This document shows, one piece after another, positions 1 to 13,033 of a stretch of DNA of 64,000 bases (the first letter of the stretch is position 1; each line of letters begins with the position of its first letter). Location of the stretch: contig NW_021835955.1 of assembly GCF_006345805.1 (NCBI RefSeq), forward strand, positions 90,427-154,426, read 5' to 3'. The position numbers were made by a program, and so were the translations under genes. Under the pieces are notes generated by a model. It was not told the DNA's origin. It worked only from the letters and a program-made list of their open reading frames with translations, and searched no databases. This DNA comes from Octopus sinensis (lineage: Eukaryota).

Positions 1-426
1 AAAAGGTCTGGCTTTGTCACAAAGTGACTCATTCTGGTTCTACTTGAGTATTACCTTAAAGGTATGTGCTTATGCAAAATACTCAACCAATTAGAGGCTA
101 ATTCAATGAGCAGATAATTCAGCTGACCAAACAGCTCATTGTTGAAGCCAGCGGAGATCTATTTTACCTATATGTGTGTGTATATGTGTGCGTATTTGTG
201 CATGTGTGTATGTGTGTGTTTGTACACGCTTGTGTGTGTGTGTGTGTGTGTGCAAGTATATATGTGCATACATTTCTATAGGTAACATTTTGCTCAAGTA
301 TACATGTACATACATATATACATATGTATACATACATATCATGCCTAATTCATACATACATATATATGTATGGTATATACATACTTACATGCACACACAG
401 CACACACATATATATTGTTGTTATTA

Positions 427-639
427 CAGAATCATTAGCACACCGGACAAAACGCTTAGCAGCATTTCAACTGTCTTCACACTCTGAGTTCAAGTGCAGC
501 TGGTGTCGACTTTGCCTTTCATCCTTTAGAGGTTGATAAAACAAGTATCAGTTGAGTACTGGGGTCGATGTAATCAACTTATCCCCTCCCCCAATATTTC
601 AGGCCTTCTGCCTATAGTAGAAAGGATTATTATTATTAC
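427..639 (+). mobile_element. SINE-like repeat, family B
   Basis: Shares GAGTTCAA..GTCGACTTTGCCTTTCATCC..CTGGGGTCGATGTAATC..AGAAAGGATT(ATT)n with more than ten copies in the window. Confidence 0.85.
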
Positions 640-978
640 TGAGTGAGAGAGCAGTGCATGCCATCAAAGTGACACTGGAGTAAAATATACGAAGCCCAGT
701 ATACCCATCATGACTACCCGTCTGATAAGGGGACACTAGGCACATGCATCACAACCATATGTGCGCGACATGGTGATCTCATATCAAGATAAACAGCACA
801 TGACCTTGCAGGTGGGGCCCAGTTAGAATTTTCTTCTGGTTGAGTAACCCAATCCGCTCAAACAGTCCCTGAATAAGGGTTGTTTAAGGATGTTGAATGA
901 AACACCCATGTTTCCAGAGGTTAATTATTCAAACCCCAAAGAATCCCTCTCAACATGTCGCTATGATGCTCCCCCGCA
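640..978 (-). mobile_element. Family F interspersed repeat, partial (probable retroposon 3' part with (AAT)n tail)
   Basis: Clear homolog of 58248-58782; bounded by ATT microsatellite on both sides. Confidence 0.7.
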
Positions 979-2661
979 ATAATTATTACTATTACTATTA
1001 TTATTATTATTAATACATGTTTGGCTTTTGCTTTCAATTTGTACAAATTGACTCCAAGTCTTGTCCAGAGAAGTTCAAGTTGGTATTATGACTAGGGTGT
1101 CACATTTATGGTTTTGCAGAGAGTACTGTTCTAGAGAATGTCTGTCAAAACATAAGAAAATTAAAAGTTTGTTTTAAAAGTAATTTGATAAGATGATAGT
1201 GTAATGCTAATATGACAGTAAAAGGTATTTGCTATTATATATAGTTACAAGTACTTTTACAATGTTTACAGATTGAAATGTTATGGGGATTACATAAAAA
1301 ATATTTTTTGTAAGATATGAGCAGTTTCCATCAGCACTATTTTTAAAAATTTCTTTTATTTTTGGCTTTCCTGGTATCTGAGACAGGCAGCAATCAGCCC
1401 CTTTTGCTATCATTCCACTAAGCACTGCATTTTGTCCGGCATGCTCACAATTCTGCCAGCCCACCTTGAACTTACATATTAATCATAAAGTTAATGTAAT
1501 CTTTGAATTATCACATTTGTGTAAACTGCATTAATTATTTTTGTTTTTTTTAAATCATTTATAAGACTGAAGAATCTTAAGAATCTTAACTCAGAACCAG
1601 TACTGGTACTTTGGTCTTCATCTCATTAGTGAAAGAGATGAATGACAATATTGATGCTATCAGGATTTGAGTTTAGAACTCATAAGCATTAAGATAGGTT
1701 TGTAAATATCTAGTCCAGAGCTCTTCAGCTCCTGAATTACATTAACCATACATTTACCTAATTTATTTCATTTCTCATATATTCTGAGTTACATGCAGTG
1801 AAGTATTATTTTTCTAATATCTTTCTCAGTGCTTTATTAAGGATGGCATCATGATACGTGATATCATCTAACTTTAACAGCAGAGATAAAGCAACAAATT
1901 ATTGCTTACCATTATTTATACGATTCAGTTCTGCATCAAAATGATTTAAACTGGGAAGCTATTAGATCTTGATTAAATATTAAATATTTTGCATGACATA
2001 ACAACTCAATACAAATAGATATAATACACCATACTGACAGGAATAATGTCTGTCAGGAAACCACTTATAGTACATGAATTAAACGAGAAAAAAAAAACCC
2101 ATATAGTTTCTTATAATATTATCAAGATAAAGATTTAAACTTAGATCTGTTTCTGTTGCATAATTTGAATTTTTTTCTGCTTGTCTAACATCACTGCAAA
2201 CCATTGTGAAGTTTATATACTATTTCTATATATTTCAGACTGGCTGATTTGAACATGTTTCAGAAGTGGCATGAATGATAAGCTGCAACAGTGGCAAAAT
2301 ATATATTGGTTGCTTCCAGGTCAATTTCGTTTTGCCTACCTCTGAAGTATATTGTGTTTTTTTAACAGAATACATCTATAAAGGGACGTTTTATTGGATG
2401 AAAATCTGCAGCTCTGGCTTTCAATGACACATGTTAAGTATGTTATATAGATGATGATATTATCAAGTATTTCTTACATAACTTACTAAGATTGTATAAG
2501 CATAACATGTTCATCACTTTCTCATATCTCTAATAAATTTTATTGAGCTATAAATGCAGTGATAGCTAAAATCTATCAACATATGCCATGTATGTTTTTT
2601 CCAATTTTCTACCTTGAATAATTAAAAATAATTTATATCAATTTGTCTGTATGCTGTGCTT

Positions 2662-2880
2662 CAAAGGCAGCGAGCTGGCAGAAATGTTAGTATGCCGGAT
2701 GAAATGCTTAAGTGAATTTTGTCTGTCTTTATGTTCTGAGTTCAAATTCCGCTGAGGTCGACTTTGCCTTTCATCCTTTTGAGATCAATAAATTAAGTAC
2801 CAGTTGCATACTGGAGTTGATGTAATCAACTGGCTCCCTCCCCCAAAATTTCAGTCCTTGTGCTTAGAGTAGAAAAGAAC
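2662..2880 (+). mobile_element. Family B SINE, full length, with 11-bp TSD
   Basis: ATGCTGTGCTT at 2651-2661 and 2881-2891 flanks the copy. Confidence 0.9.
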
Positions 2881-3146
2881 ATGCTGTGCTTGAGAAGAAG
2901 ACCCATTAAAGCAGGTGAAATCATAGTCATGGAAGAGACTAGTGTCACAAAGCTGACACTCATGCCAGTGGCACATAAAAGCACCCATTACACTCTCGGA
3001 GTGATTGGCATTAGGAAGGGCATCCAGCAATAGAAACCATGCCAAATCAGACTGGAGTCTGGTGCAGCCCCTCAGCTTACCAGCCCTGGTCAAACCGTCC
3101 AACCCATGCCAGCATGGACAACAGCTGCTAAATGATGATGATGATA
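2881..3146 (+). mobile_element. Family E repeat (probable RTE-type LINE 3' end) with (GAT)n tail
   Basis: GGCACATAAAAGCACCC..TTAGGAAGGGCATCCAG..CCAACCCATGCCAGCATGG..(GAT)n, shared with several copies. Confidence 0.8.
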
Positions 3147-4196
3147 ATGGTGATGGTGGTGGTGGTGGTGGTGGTGGTGGCGGCGGTGCTGGTGGTGGTG
3201 GTGATGATGATGATGATGAATAGTGGGAGGATTGGTAGGGATTTGTTTGCTTTTTCTAACAGGTTTATTTACAACACAGAAATAAAATGGCAGAGTTGTT
3301 ACAGCACCAGACAAAATATTTTGCTGTATTTTGTTCTGATTCTCAGCATTCCAAGTTCAGATTTCTTGTTTTAGAATATTTTCTCCTCTCATTCCTGCCA
3401 ATGTTGGAGGCTCTGTTATGGGTCATTAGCATTACCTTCCCTCTAACTTAGATATAAAAAAGGGCTCCCTCATCTATTATTTTTCTCTGGCTCACAGAAT
3501 TTGTACCTCAATTAGACAATTTTGTTAAAAATATGCAATAAAACAATGAGATCCCTGTGCATATTGTTACCCCTTTTTACTATAATCAGTGCCCACGTAT
3601 TGTTTTTCTTCCTTTCATTTATTTGAAATGTTATCAGAGTAAATCTTTCTTAATCATTCTACTTATGACTACCAAAGAAAAACTTAAGTAATCGGTAGAT
3701 TTAAGGCAGACTGATGAGTTTTAAGACAAATGTAACTAGCTCCATGGAAAGATATATGTGTGTGTGAACATGTGTGTGGATGTGTGTATGTGTGAGAGAG
3801 AGAGAGAAAGACCGACAGACAGACAGACAAGACAGACAGACAGTCAGGCTGGGAGACAGATAGAATGACAGAACGACTGTGACTTTTAGTGAAGACATAG
3901 TTGGATTGACGCAGAGAAAAACAGATTGCTGGTGAAGGATAGACGATTCCTTGACCACAACGACTGGGCCACATTAATAACTGGTCTAGAAACTGTTTTT
4001 ATGGCCACAGTTGCAATTCTCTAAGCCCCTACCCCACCAACTTCTTTCTCTCACTTCCCTCAATACCCCGGTTGTCATCCAGATTTCCTTTTTTACTTTA
4101 CTCTTCTTTCTCCTTTCTCACTCCCTTTCTGAGGTCCTTTGTTCCGGACGGCGGAGGGGGGTGGTTTAGAATTAATTAGCTTTATATGATTCTGTG

Positions 4197-4228
<32 letters not shown>

Positions 4229-4699
4229 CACATGTTTGTGTGTTTAACTGCAGGTTGGGATGAAGATGTATGAGTACAGAATTGAATGCTGAATGCTAGA
4301 GTTTTGTACGGGTATGATATGTATTTCTGCATATGTGTATATGTCTGTATGCATACATGTATGTATATATTTATGTGTGTACATGGGTACATGTGTGTGT
4401 GTGTTTGTGTCTATCTACATATATGCACATGCATGTATTTATGTGTACATATATGTACATATGCGAAGGCAATATAATGTATGTTGATGCCGAGATTCAA
4501 GATTCTAATTGAAAGCCAAAATAGATTGGCATTCTCTAATTTCCTGACTTGTGTAAAATATCTTCAAATCTAACCACATCAAAAGATAACATTTATAAAA
4601 ATATCACACACAGCAAAGGGATCAATTAGGTAGGAAAGCTGGATGTTACCATGCATACGTGACGACCGACCGACGGAGTGTTTTTTTTTATCACTGAAT

Positions 4700-5059
4700 A
4701 AAATTGTCTCTCAGTCTGACTGGCTGTCAATCTGCCTGTCAGTCTGTCTGCTTGTCTGTCTGAGTGTCTCTCTCTCTCTCTCTCTCTCTCTCTATGTTCC
4801 TTTTTCTGTCCCTCTTTCTGTCCCTTGTCTGTCTAGCCACCTATCACAATGTCTAGTCCTCCGTTTTCATCACTGTCTATTTGTCTATCTGTTCAACTTT
4901 TTATCTGTCTGTTTATCTGGCTGGCTATATCTATGTCTATTTTTCTGTCACTCTGTCTATCTGTCTATCGATCTATTTGTCTACCTACCTACCTACATAC
5001 ATACATACATACATATATACATACATACCAACATACATACATACCTACATACATACCTA

Positions 5060-5095
<36 letters not shown>

Positions 5096-5222
5096 TCTAT
5101 CTATTTATCTATCTATCTATTCTATTCTATTCTATTCTACTTATCTATCTATTACCTATCTATCTGTCTGGCTGGTACCTTGTCTGTCTATCAATCTATC
5201 TTTCTATCTCTATGTCTATATC
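4700..5222. repeat. Compound microsatellite (CTGT/CT/CTAT/CATA)
   Basis: Direct inspection; explains the spurious ORFs at 4643-5332. Confidence 0.95.
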
Positions 5223-5610
5223 AAAACTATCGTGTTGGCTGCCAAATGTTTGCAGGGAAACGCACCTTTTGCATATCTATTCTTAAAAGAGCTGTAAAAG
5301 ACTTTCAAGATCCTCATCATCATCACAATTGACATTGCCATTCAATATGCAGTTTTCCATGCTTGCATGCATCAGACAGAATTCGTGGATGCAGAACTCT
5401 GTGACTGAATACCAATCCTGTCACCAACACTACTCTTATCTCCAAGCAAAGAAACATTTTCCAACAGCCTTATATGTTTTCATGGAAGATTGGAAATGTA
5501 TGGCACCACTTGTATTACAGGAATACTTGTTTATAACTACTGTGTAATGTCAAGATGAAGAAGCACAAACACACAAAGAAATACATCTACAAATGTGTGT
5601 GTGTGTGTGT

Positions 5611-5652
<42 letters not shown>

Positions 5653-5667
5653 TGAGTTTCTTCCAGT

Positions 5668-5893
5668 TTCTTAGTTCTTTACTGCCCACCAGGGACCACA
5701 CACAGAGGGGACAAACAAGGACAGACAAACGGATTAAGTCGATTATATCGACCCCAGTGCGTAACTGGTACTTATTTAATCAACCTTGAAAGGATGAACG
5801 GCAAAATCCACCTAGGCAGAATTTGAACTCAAAACATAACGGCAGACGAAATACTGCTAAGCATTTTGCCTGGTGTGTTAACATTTCTGCTAG
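5668..5893 (-). mobile_element. Family B SINE with an alternative 3' tail
   Basis: Reverse complement of the B head and core; 5668-5735 differs from the usual B tail. Confidence 0.75.
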
Positions 5894-6679
5894 TCTCTGT
5901 CTACCAAATCCACTCACAAGACTTTAGTAAGCCTGGAGCTATAGTAGAAGGTATTTTGCCCAAGGTGCCATGGTGGCTGAGAAGCAAACTTCTTAACAAC
6001 CAACAACCATTCCTGTATTTTCTGTCTACCAAATTTCATTCACAAAGCATCAAAGCTGAGGCTAGGGTAGAAGATACTTGCTTAAGCTTCAATTTATGAA
6101 GATTGAATGAGAAACCATGTAGCCGTTGCAAAGTGAGCTACACAACCTGGAAATCATATGCAATGTATACAGCTTAGAGTTTAGGTGAAAGGTCAGAAGA
6201 GCATTTGAACAGCTACATCGGAAAGAAATCTGTATTTATAACTTTCCCAAATTAGCTGGGCAAATATGCCAGACCAATCAATATCTTATTGATATGACAT
6301 CTACACCTTTGGTATGCATGTCTTATTAATACACCCGGAAAATCTATTAGTATGACAGGCCAGAGAACTGGTCAGCACAACAGAATGCATATCTCTTCTT
6401 AAACATAAGTATGTGTGGCCGGCCCCAGTGCACTTTATTCAGGGTGAACAGGAGAAGTCACACAATATGATTGGTGCATAATATATCTCTAATATTTTCC
6501 TTCTTTTATATTAGATGTTACACTCCTTTATGTTGTCATTCCAATGTTTAAAATACAGTACCAGACAAGTTGTTTTTTTTTTTTTGTATCACCTGATACG
6601 CTACCTTTACAATTTACTTTCTGGTACCCATAGCAAGCATTTCTCATCAACCGACATGAGTGCTTTTATGCACTATATA

Positions 6680-7500
6680 TCTATATTATACTTATCTATT
6701 ATATGAAATCCATTCTGTCTGTCTGTGTGTCTTTTAGGATCTTGGGCATCTTCCATCTGATTGCGCTCAAATTTGATATGTAGATACCGACAGTATCAAG
6801 GCGTGTATAAATCTTTAAAAGATTACAAAAATCAATTCCAGGTGAGAATGCGATCGATAAAGCCGTGGGAACGTGCATTTGTACATGCAAGTACATCAGC
6901 TGTTGCGATCAATACTATGTGTACGCGAGAAAAATGCGCAGTGTCTCAAATTTAGGTTAAATCAGTGTTTCTCAAAGGGGAGGCCCATGGAACAGTCGGA
7001 AAAGTTGTTTTGAAAAAATTTGGTCTAAATGTTTGACAACTCAGCACCATCCATTGGACGGGTAGCGTTTTGCTTGTATAAGTTATATGTATAAGTTAGG
7101 ATTATTAAGCTAATCAAGTTCTTTATTTCAAACCATATGAAGTAACATCAACATCAAATTTGAGCGAAATCCATTGAAATTGGTAAACTTTTGGCTGAAA
7201 ATGAGTTGCAGACAACTTGATTGGGTAATCCCATGAGGAATCGGTTTATCGATTTTTTTCACTCATCAATTTTGTTTTTCCATTTTTGGAGAACTTAAAG
7301 CATTCAAAGATCCCATGAATCCTAAGTAATGCTCACATCAAGTTTGAACAAAATACATCAAAATTGGTAATAGTTATAGTTGAAAATGGGGTGTAGCCAA
7401 TTTTATTGGGAAATCCTATAAGCAATCGGTTTATTGATGCTTTTAATATCCTGGTTAAATGGAAAACCCCATAAAGAATCAGTTTATTGATTTTTCACCC
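6680..7500 (+). mobile_element. Helitron/Helentron-like non-autonomous repeat (tentative)
   Basis: TCTAT..ATATGAAA..(CTGT)n start; GCGCTCAAATTTGAT (~6763) has an inverted counterpart ATCAAATTTGAGCG (~7153); ~185-bp degenerate repeats at 7150-7445. Confidence 0.45.
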
Positions 7501-8009
7501 CAAATAGGACTTAACTGAACACAATAATGCTGATTCAAAAGCATCTATATTTATACTTTAAAGTTGGTTCTCACACCCATCCCAGTTCTGCAGAATCAGT
7601 GTCACGACAGGAGCGCATGGGTTGGGAGTTTGATAGGCAGAGGTGATCAGGATGCACATGCCAGCCCTTTGAAAACACCACTCCCATCATCTAAACCCCC
7701 TTTGCCTATGGGTTGGGAACCTTTCCAGCAAGGAAAATAGAATGCCCAAAAGGCTTCCCGATCCTCTGTGTCAGAAGCGGTTATGTTCAGATCACAACTA
7801 AGTCTTAAGTATACATATATATATATATCTATATATATATATATGGGCAACATACACACACACACGTATGTATGTACACCTATTGTATACATGTTTTTTG
7901 TACGCATACATGTTCGTGTGTGTTGCCCGTATATCAATCAACAAAACACCTTTTTCCTCGATGGAAAAAAAAACAACAAATGTCTTAACAGAAACTTACT
8001 CTTCACTTG

Positions 8010-8250
8010 AAGAGGACTTAACTCCTGTTTGTAAAGAATTTCTCTGACTTGAAAATTGTTAAAAGTTTTGGTTGAAAATTTATTTTTACTGCTATTCGCT
8101 GGTGCCTCCGAGAAAAATAAGTTGATGAAAATACAGCTAGGATTATGACGAATGTCCTAAAATTGGAGCGACATGCATGCTAATTTGTGGGCATGCTTAA
8201 ATTACATTCACGTATATACACACACACATCCTGCCTTTTATATATACTGA
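8010..8250 (-). mobile_element. Family G repeat (Helitron-like 5' end)
   Basis: Reverse-complement homolog of 26095-26342 (ATAAAAGGCAGGATGTGTG..CACAAATTAGCATGCATGTC..CTCCAATTTTAGGA). Confidence 0.6.
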
Positions 8251-8859
8251 TATATATGTCTGTATATATCTGAATATATATATATTGTATATATTTATAT
8301 TATATATGTCTGTATGTATATGCATATGTTTATTATATATATATATGTATATATGTGCGTGTGTGTATGTATGTATACACGCACATTCACATGTATATTT
8401 ATATGCATGTATAACAATTTTAAAACTATGTTTCTTACTAATAGCTTGTTATGTGTGATAATATTCTCAGTGAATATAAACATAACCGCTACCACTACTA
8501 CAGCTGTTAACTTTTCTAAATATCATATTTATGATAATGCTTAACAAAGTAACAGTAAATAAATACTAATTATTATTGTATAATCTTCATTGTAGTATCT
8601 GCACCATTAATATAAAGATTGGACCAAATCATTATTGTGACAGACAAACTGCTTTGAGGGATTTTTTCTGGTTCCTTAGATTCTGTGTTCAAATTCTGCT
8701 GAGGTCAACTTTACCCTTTTCCTGTTTGGGGTGGTGGAAGGGGTTAATAAAATATGGTTGAGTTAATGATGGGATCACTATCGTCAGCTTGCCCTCTCCT
8801 GTCAAAATTGCTGACCTTGTGTCAAGATTAGAGTGAATTGGTATTGATATTATTACTAT

Positions 8860-9074
8860 TAAAGTGGCGAGCTGGCAGAATCGTTAGCATGCTGGACGAA
8901 ATGCTTAGTGGTATTTTGTCTGCTGTTATGTTCTGAGTTCAAATTCCACTGAGGTCGAGTTTGCTTTTCATCCTTTTGGGATCAATAAATTAGGTACCAG
9001 TTGAGTACTGGGAGTTGATGTAATTGACAATCCCCCTCCCCTAGATTTCATAGCTTGTGCTTATAGTAGAAAGG

Positions 9075-9100
<26 letters not shown>
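8860..9100 (+). mobile_element. Family B SINE (a diverged copy precedes it at ~8660-8850)
   Basis: B consensus motifs and (ATT)n tail. Confidence 0.85.
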
Positions 9101-9105
<5 letters not shown>

Positions 9106-9143
9106 TTTAAAAAGGATTGACGTAACTCTTCACAAAGGTAAAC

Positions 9144-9247
9144 AGTCAAGACGAAGAGTGCGATTCGATTGTAAGACAGTCGTACTGTTGAAATATCGTT
9201 CTACTAATAAACTTTCTTACAATCGAATCGTGCTCTTCGTCTTGACT
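9144..9247. repeat. 33-bp inverted repeat with 38-nt spacer
   Basis: AGTCAAGACGAAGAGTGCGATTCGATTGTAAGA (9144-9176) vs its reverse complement at 9215-9247; 2 mismatches. Confidence 0.9.
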
Positions 9248-9324
9248 ATTATTATTATTATTTTTATTATTATTTTTATTATTATCATTATTTTTATTAT
9301 TATCATTATTCAAGAATTTGTATC

Positions 9325-9782
9325 CTTGTGGTACCAGTGCCGGTGGCACGTGGCACACAAGAAAACCATCCGAACGTGGCCGTAGCCAGTACCGCATCGA
9401 CTGGCCTCCGTGCTGTGGGCACGTAACAAGCACCATCCGATCGTGGCCGTTTTGCCAGCCTCATCTGGCACCTGTGTCGGTGGCACATAAAAACACCATC
9501 CGAGCGTGGCCGTCTGCCAGCCTCGTCTGGCACCTGTGTCGGTGGCACATAAAAAACACCATCCGAGCGTGGCCGTTTGCCAGCCTCGTCTGGCACCTGT
9601 GTCGGTGGCACATAAAATCACCCACTACACTCTCGGAGTGGTTGGCGTTAGGAAGGGCATCCAGCTGTAGAAACACTGCCAGATCTGACTGGACTGGTGC
9701 AGCTTTCGGGCTCCCCAGACCCCAGTTGAACCGTCCAACCCATGCTAGCATGGAAAGCGGACGTTAAATGATGATGATGATC
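9325..9782 (+). mobile_element. Family E repeat with internal ~62-bp tandem units
   Basis: About three units of CACCATCCGAGCGTGGCCGTTTGCCAGCCTCGTCTGGCACCTGTGTCGGTGGCACATAAAA; (GAT)n tail. Confidence 0.85.
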
Positions 9783-9833
9783 ATCATTATTATTATTATT
9801 ATCATTATTATTATTATTATCATTATTATTATT

Positions 9834-10105
9834 GAAGGTGGCAAGCTGGCAGAATCAATTAGTATGCCAGGCAAAATGCCTAGCAGCAGCATTTCACCCA
9901 CCTTTATGTCCTGAGTTCAAATTCTTCTGAGGTTGGCTTTACCTATCATCCTTTCAGCATTGATAAAATAAATACTGAGGTCCATGTAATTGACTAGTGC
10001 CCTCCAGCAAATTTCAGGCCATGTGCCTTCAATAGAAAAGATTATTATCATTATTGTTATTATTATTATTACTTTTATTATTATTGTTATTATTGTTATT
10101 ATTAC

Positions 10106-10148
<43 letters not shown>

Positions 10149-10535
10149 TTTATCATCATCATCACCATCATTATTATTATTATTATTATTATCATTATTA
10201 TTATTATTACTTTTATTAATATTATTACTTTTATTGTTATTATTATCATCATCATCCTCATCATCATCATTATCATCATCATCATTATCATCGTCATCAT
10301 CATCATCATCATCATTACTGAGGTGGTGATTAGGCAAAATTGTAAACACACCAGGAAAAATGCTTAGCAGCATTTCTTCAGTTTTTATGTTCTTAGTTCA
10401 AATTCTGCTGAGGAAAACTTTGTCTTTCATCCCTCTGGCACCAATGAAACAAGTACCAGTTCAGCACTGGGGGTTATGGTAATCGACTTACTCACTCTCC
10501 AGAAATTGCTAACCGCATGGCAAAATTCGAAACCA
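9834..10535 (+). mobile_element. Two family B SINEs separated by an (ATT/ATC)n tract
   Basis: B motifs at 9834-10047 and 10320-10535. Confidence 0.75.
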
Positions 10536-10568
10536 TCATCATCACCACCACCACCACCACCACCACCC

Positions 10569-10602
<34 letters not shown>

Positions 10603-11070
10603 TCATCAATATCAGTAGTAGTAGCAGTAGTAACAGCAGCAGTAGCAAAGATGGCAATTGTGGGATGGTGGTGGTGGTGGTGGTGGAGTTTGGTGGTGTT
10701 GGTGGTAGCTGCAGTGCATGATGATGTTGCTCTCATTTCACGTTACTAATCAGCAAACGTGCTTCCTTTAATTGTCACTATGATCAACTGCAGAGCAACA
10801 TGCAATTCAGTAGTTAAACATGCATTTGCACATTCATATATGCACATACACACACACATACACACATATGCACACACATATAAACACACATGCACAAACT
10901 CACCAGCATATTCTATTCATAGACATGTAGTCAAACACTCAAGTCTAACACACCATACAGAATATGTTATGCACAGTTGTTCATATATATACATGGCAGT
11001 GATATATACACATATACACTGCCTACATCATAAATATATATACATACATGTATATATATATATATGTGTG

Positions 11071-11159
<89 letters not shown>

Positions 11160-11701
11160 GTATATGGAAATATTTGGTATCACTTCTAATGATGCATATG
11201 TTAGCGAGCATGCATGCTACACATGTATTTGTAGAGCTTGAACATATATGGACAGCCAATTATTTACATTTCTCCTCTTCCTAAAATGCTTATTAATAAA
11301 TTAGATTTATGTTGTAACATATTTCTGATATATGTGTATGCATGTGAATACATATATATGTGTGTGTATGTATATGTGTGTGTGTTGCATATTTGTATTC
11401 GGATGTGTATTTGTGCATATAAAGTCATGTGTGTGTATGCATGTATATGTGTTAATATATATATACATGAATGTATGTATGTGTGAGTCTGTTTAGATGT
11501 GTATGTCCTATTGATAATTATATAAATATGCAGAGTAATCTTATGCATAACTATAGAGATGATATAAATATTCAACATATGGTTTTCTGAGCTCAAATCT
11601 CACTTAGGTCTTAGAAACTATTACTATTATACTTGGAAACATAAATGAATAAATGGGAATGCATATGATCATATATATGTATATATGTATATATGTATAT
11701 A

Positions 11702-11742
<41 letters not shown>

Positions 11743-11769
11743 ATGTGTGTAAATATGCATGTGTACATG

Positions 11770-11990
11770 TGTGTCTTTGTGTCTGTGTTTATCCCCCACC
11801 ACTGCTCGACAACCGATGTTGGTGTGTTTATATTCTTGTAACTTAGCAGTTTGGCAAAAGAGACAGATAAAATAAGTACCATGTTTAAGATAAAATAAGT
11901 ACTGGGATCAAATCATTTGACTAAAATTCTTCAAAACAATGCCCCGACATGGCCACAGTATACCGACTGGAACAAGTAAAAGATAAAAGA
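11770..11990 (+). mobile_element. Family A SINE, 3' half
   Basis: GACAACCGATGTTGGTGTGTTT..TTGGCAAAAGAGAC..CATGGCCACAG..AACAAGTAAAAGA. Confidence 0.8.
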
Positions 11991-13033
11991 ATGTACAGAC
12001 TCTTCTACTGCTTTTACCTTGCACATATGATGTACATAGTATGTTTCTGCTGTTTCTTACTTAACTCACCACCTGTATCATTCACACCTGTTAGTATATG
12101 TGCATCCTCATTCAGTTTTTCCCAATTTTTTCTATTATACTGAACGTTCTTGTGTGTTGCTTTCACTGCAATCTGGAAGCTGCTGTCTGATATAACAATT
12201 TTGGTCAGGTTCTTGTGCAACAGGTAACGTTTTGTTATTTCACCAGTTATATTTGCCAGTCAAGGACCAGAATATTGTCAGCTATTTTGCCATATATATA
12301 TATATGGCAGGGAAAGCTATATTTCTCACTTAGCTGCCTTATTTCCTTTTACCTCACCTCTAGAGAATGCATTCTGACACTATCCTTTCATATGGACTTG
12401 AGTGAAAACAGCATACATAGCAGAATCTGCCACTGTCCTCTCGCATTTTCTTTTGTCTTAAATAACATGGTAAGCTGAACTAGAAGTGATTTGCTAATTT
12501 CTATTTCCACCAAGATAAAAGTATGAATCTTATCTTTTTTCTTATTTTTACTTTTCTACCAATATTTTCTTGTAAACTTGTGCCAAACTTAAGAATATTC
12601 ATCTAATGTTATTTCTGAAGTACTGAATTACGTATTTGCCCTTACACACAAGAAAATGAATACAAACATTTTTTGCACCACATTATGTTTGTGTATTGAT
12701 GTTAAATATTGAAACTTGTCTACATCTGAATCACCAGCCAAACAAGTTTGTTACTTTTTTATCAATATGCATTGCCTTCATTTTCATTTTCAGCCAGCAT
12801 TCCCAACCTTTGTAACAGCACATACTGTTTAATCACTTTTAAATGAGGTTCTACTTAGACTGGATTGCAGCAATGCTTTGAAAAAAAACTGATATATGTA
12901 ACTTTATTATTGCTAACTCTTCAAGCCTAAATCTGTGCCCAAATACCATACACACACACACATAAACTGTATAAAAATAATATATATGTGTATATATGTA
13001 CATATGTATGTATATATGTACGTATATATTTAC

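Noticed and set aside
136-536. Short ORFs rich in YI/CV/HT repeats here and throughout (e.g. 4643-5332, 9917-10373, 29018-29646, 35311-36059, 44216-44828)
   Set aside because: Translations of microsatellites that lack stop codons; no domain content
2238-2440. Possible exon after TTTCAG
   Set aside because: No sustained reading frame or recognisable product; a non-coding exon cannot be supported from sequence alone
9420-9620. CRISPR-like regular repeats (also 13162-13615 and 17277-17682)
   Set aside because: Units are tandem with no unique spacers, there are no cas genes, and the context is eukaryotic retroposon DNA
12000-12850. Possible very old LINE fragment on the minus strand (VDKFQYL)
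   Set aside because: Similarity too weak to call by eye
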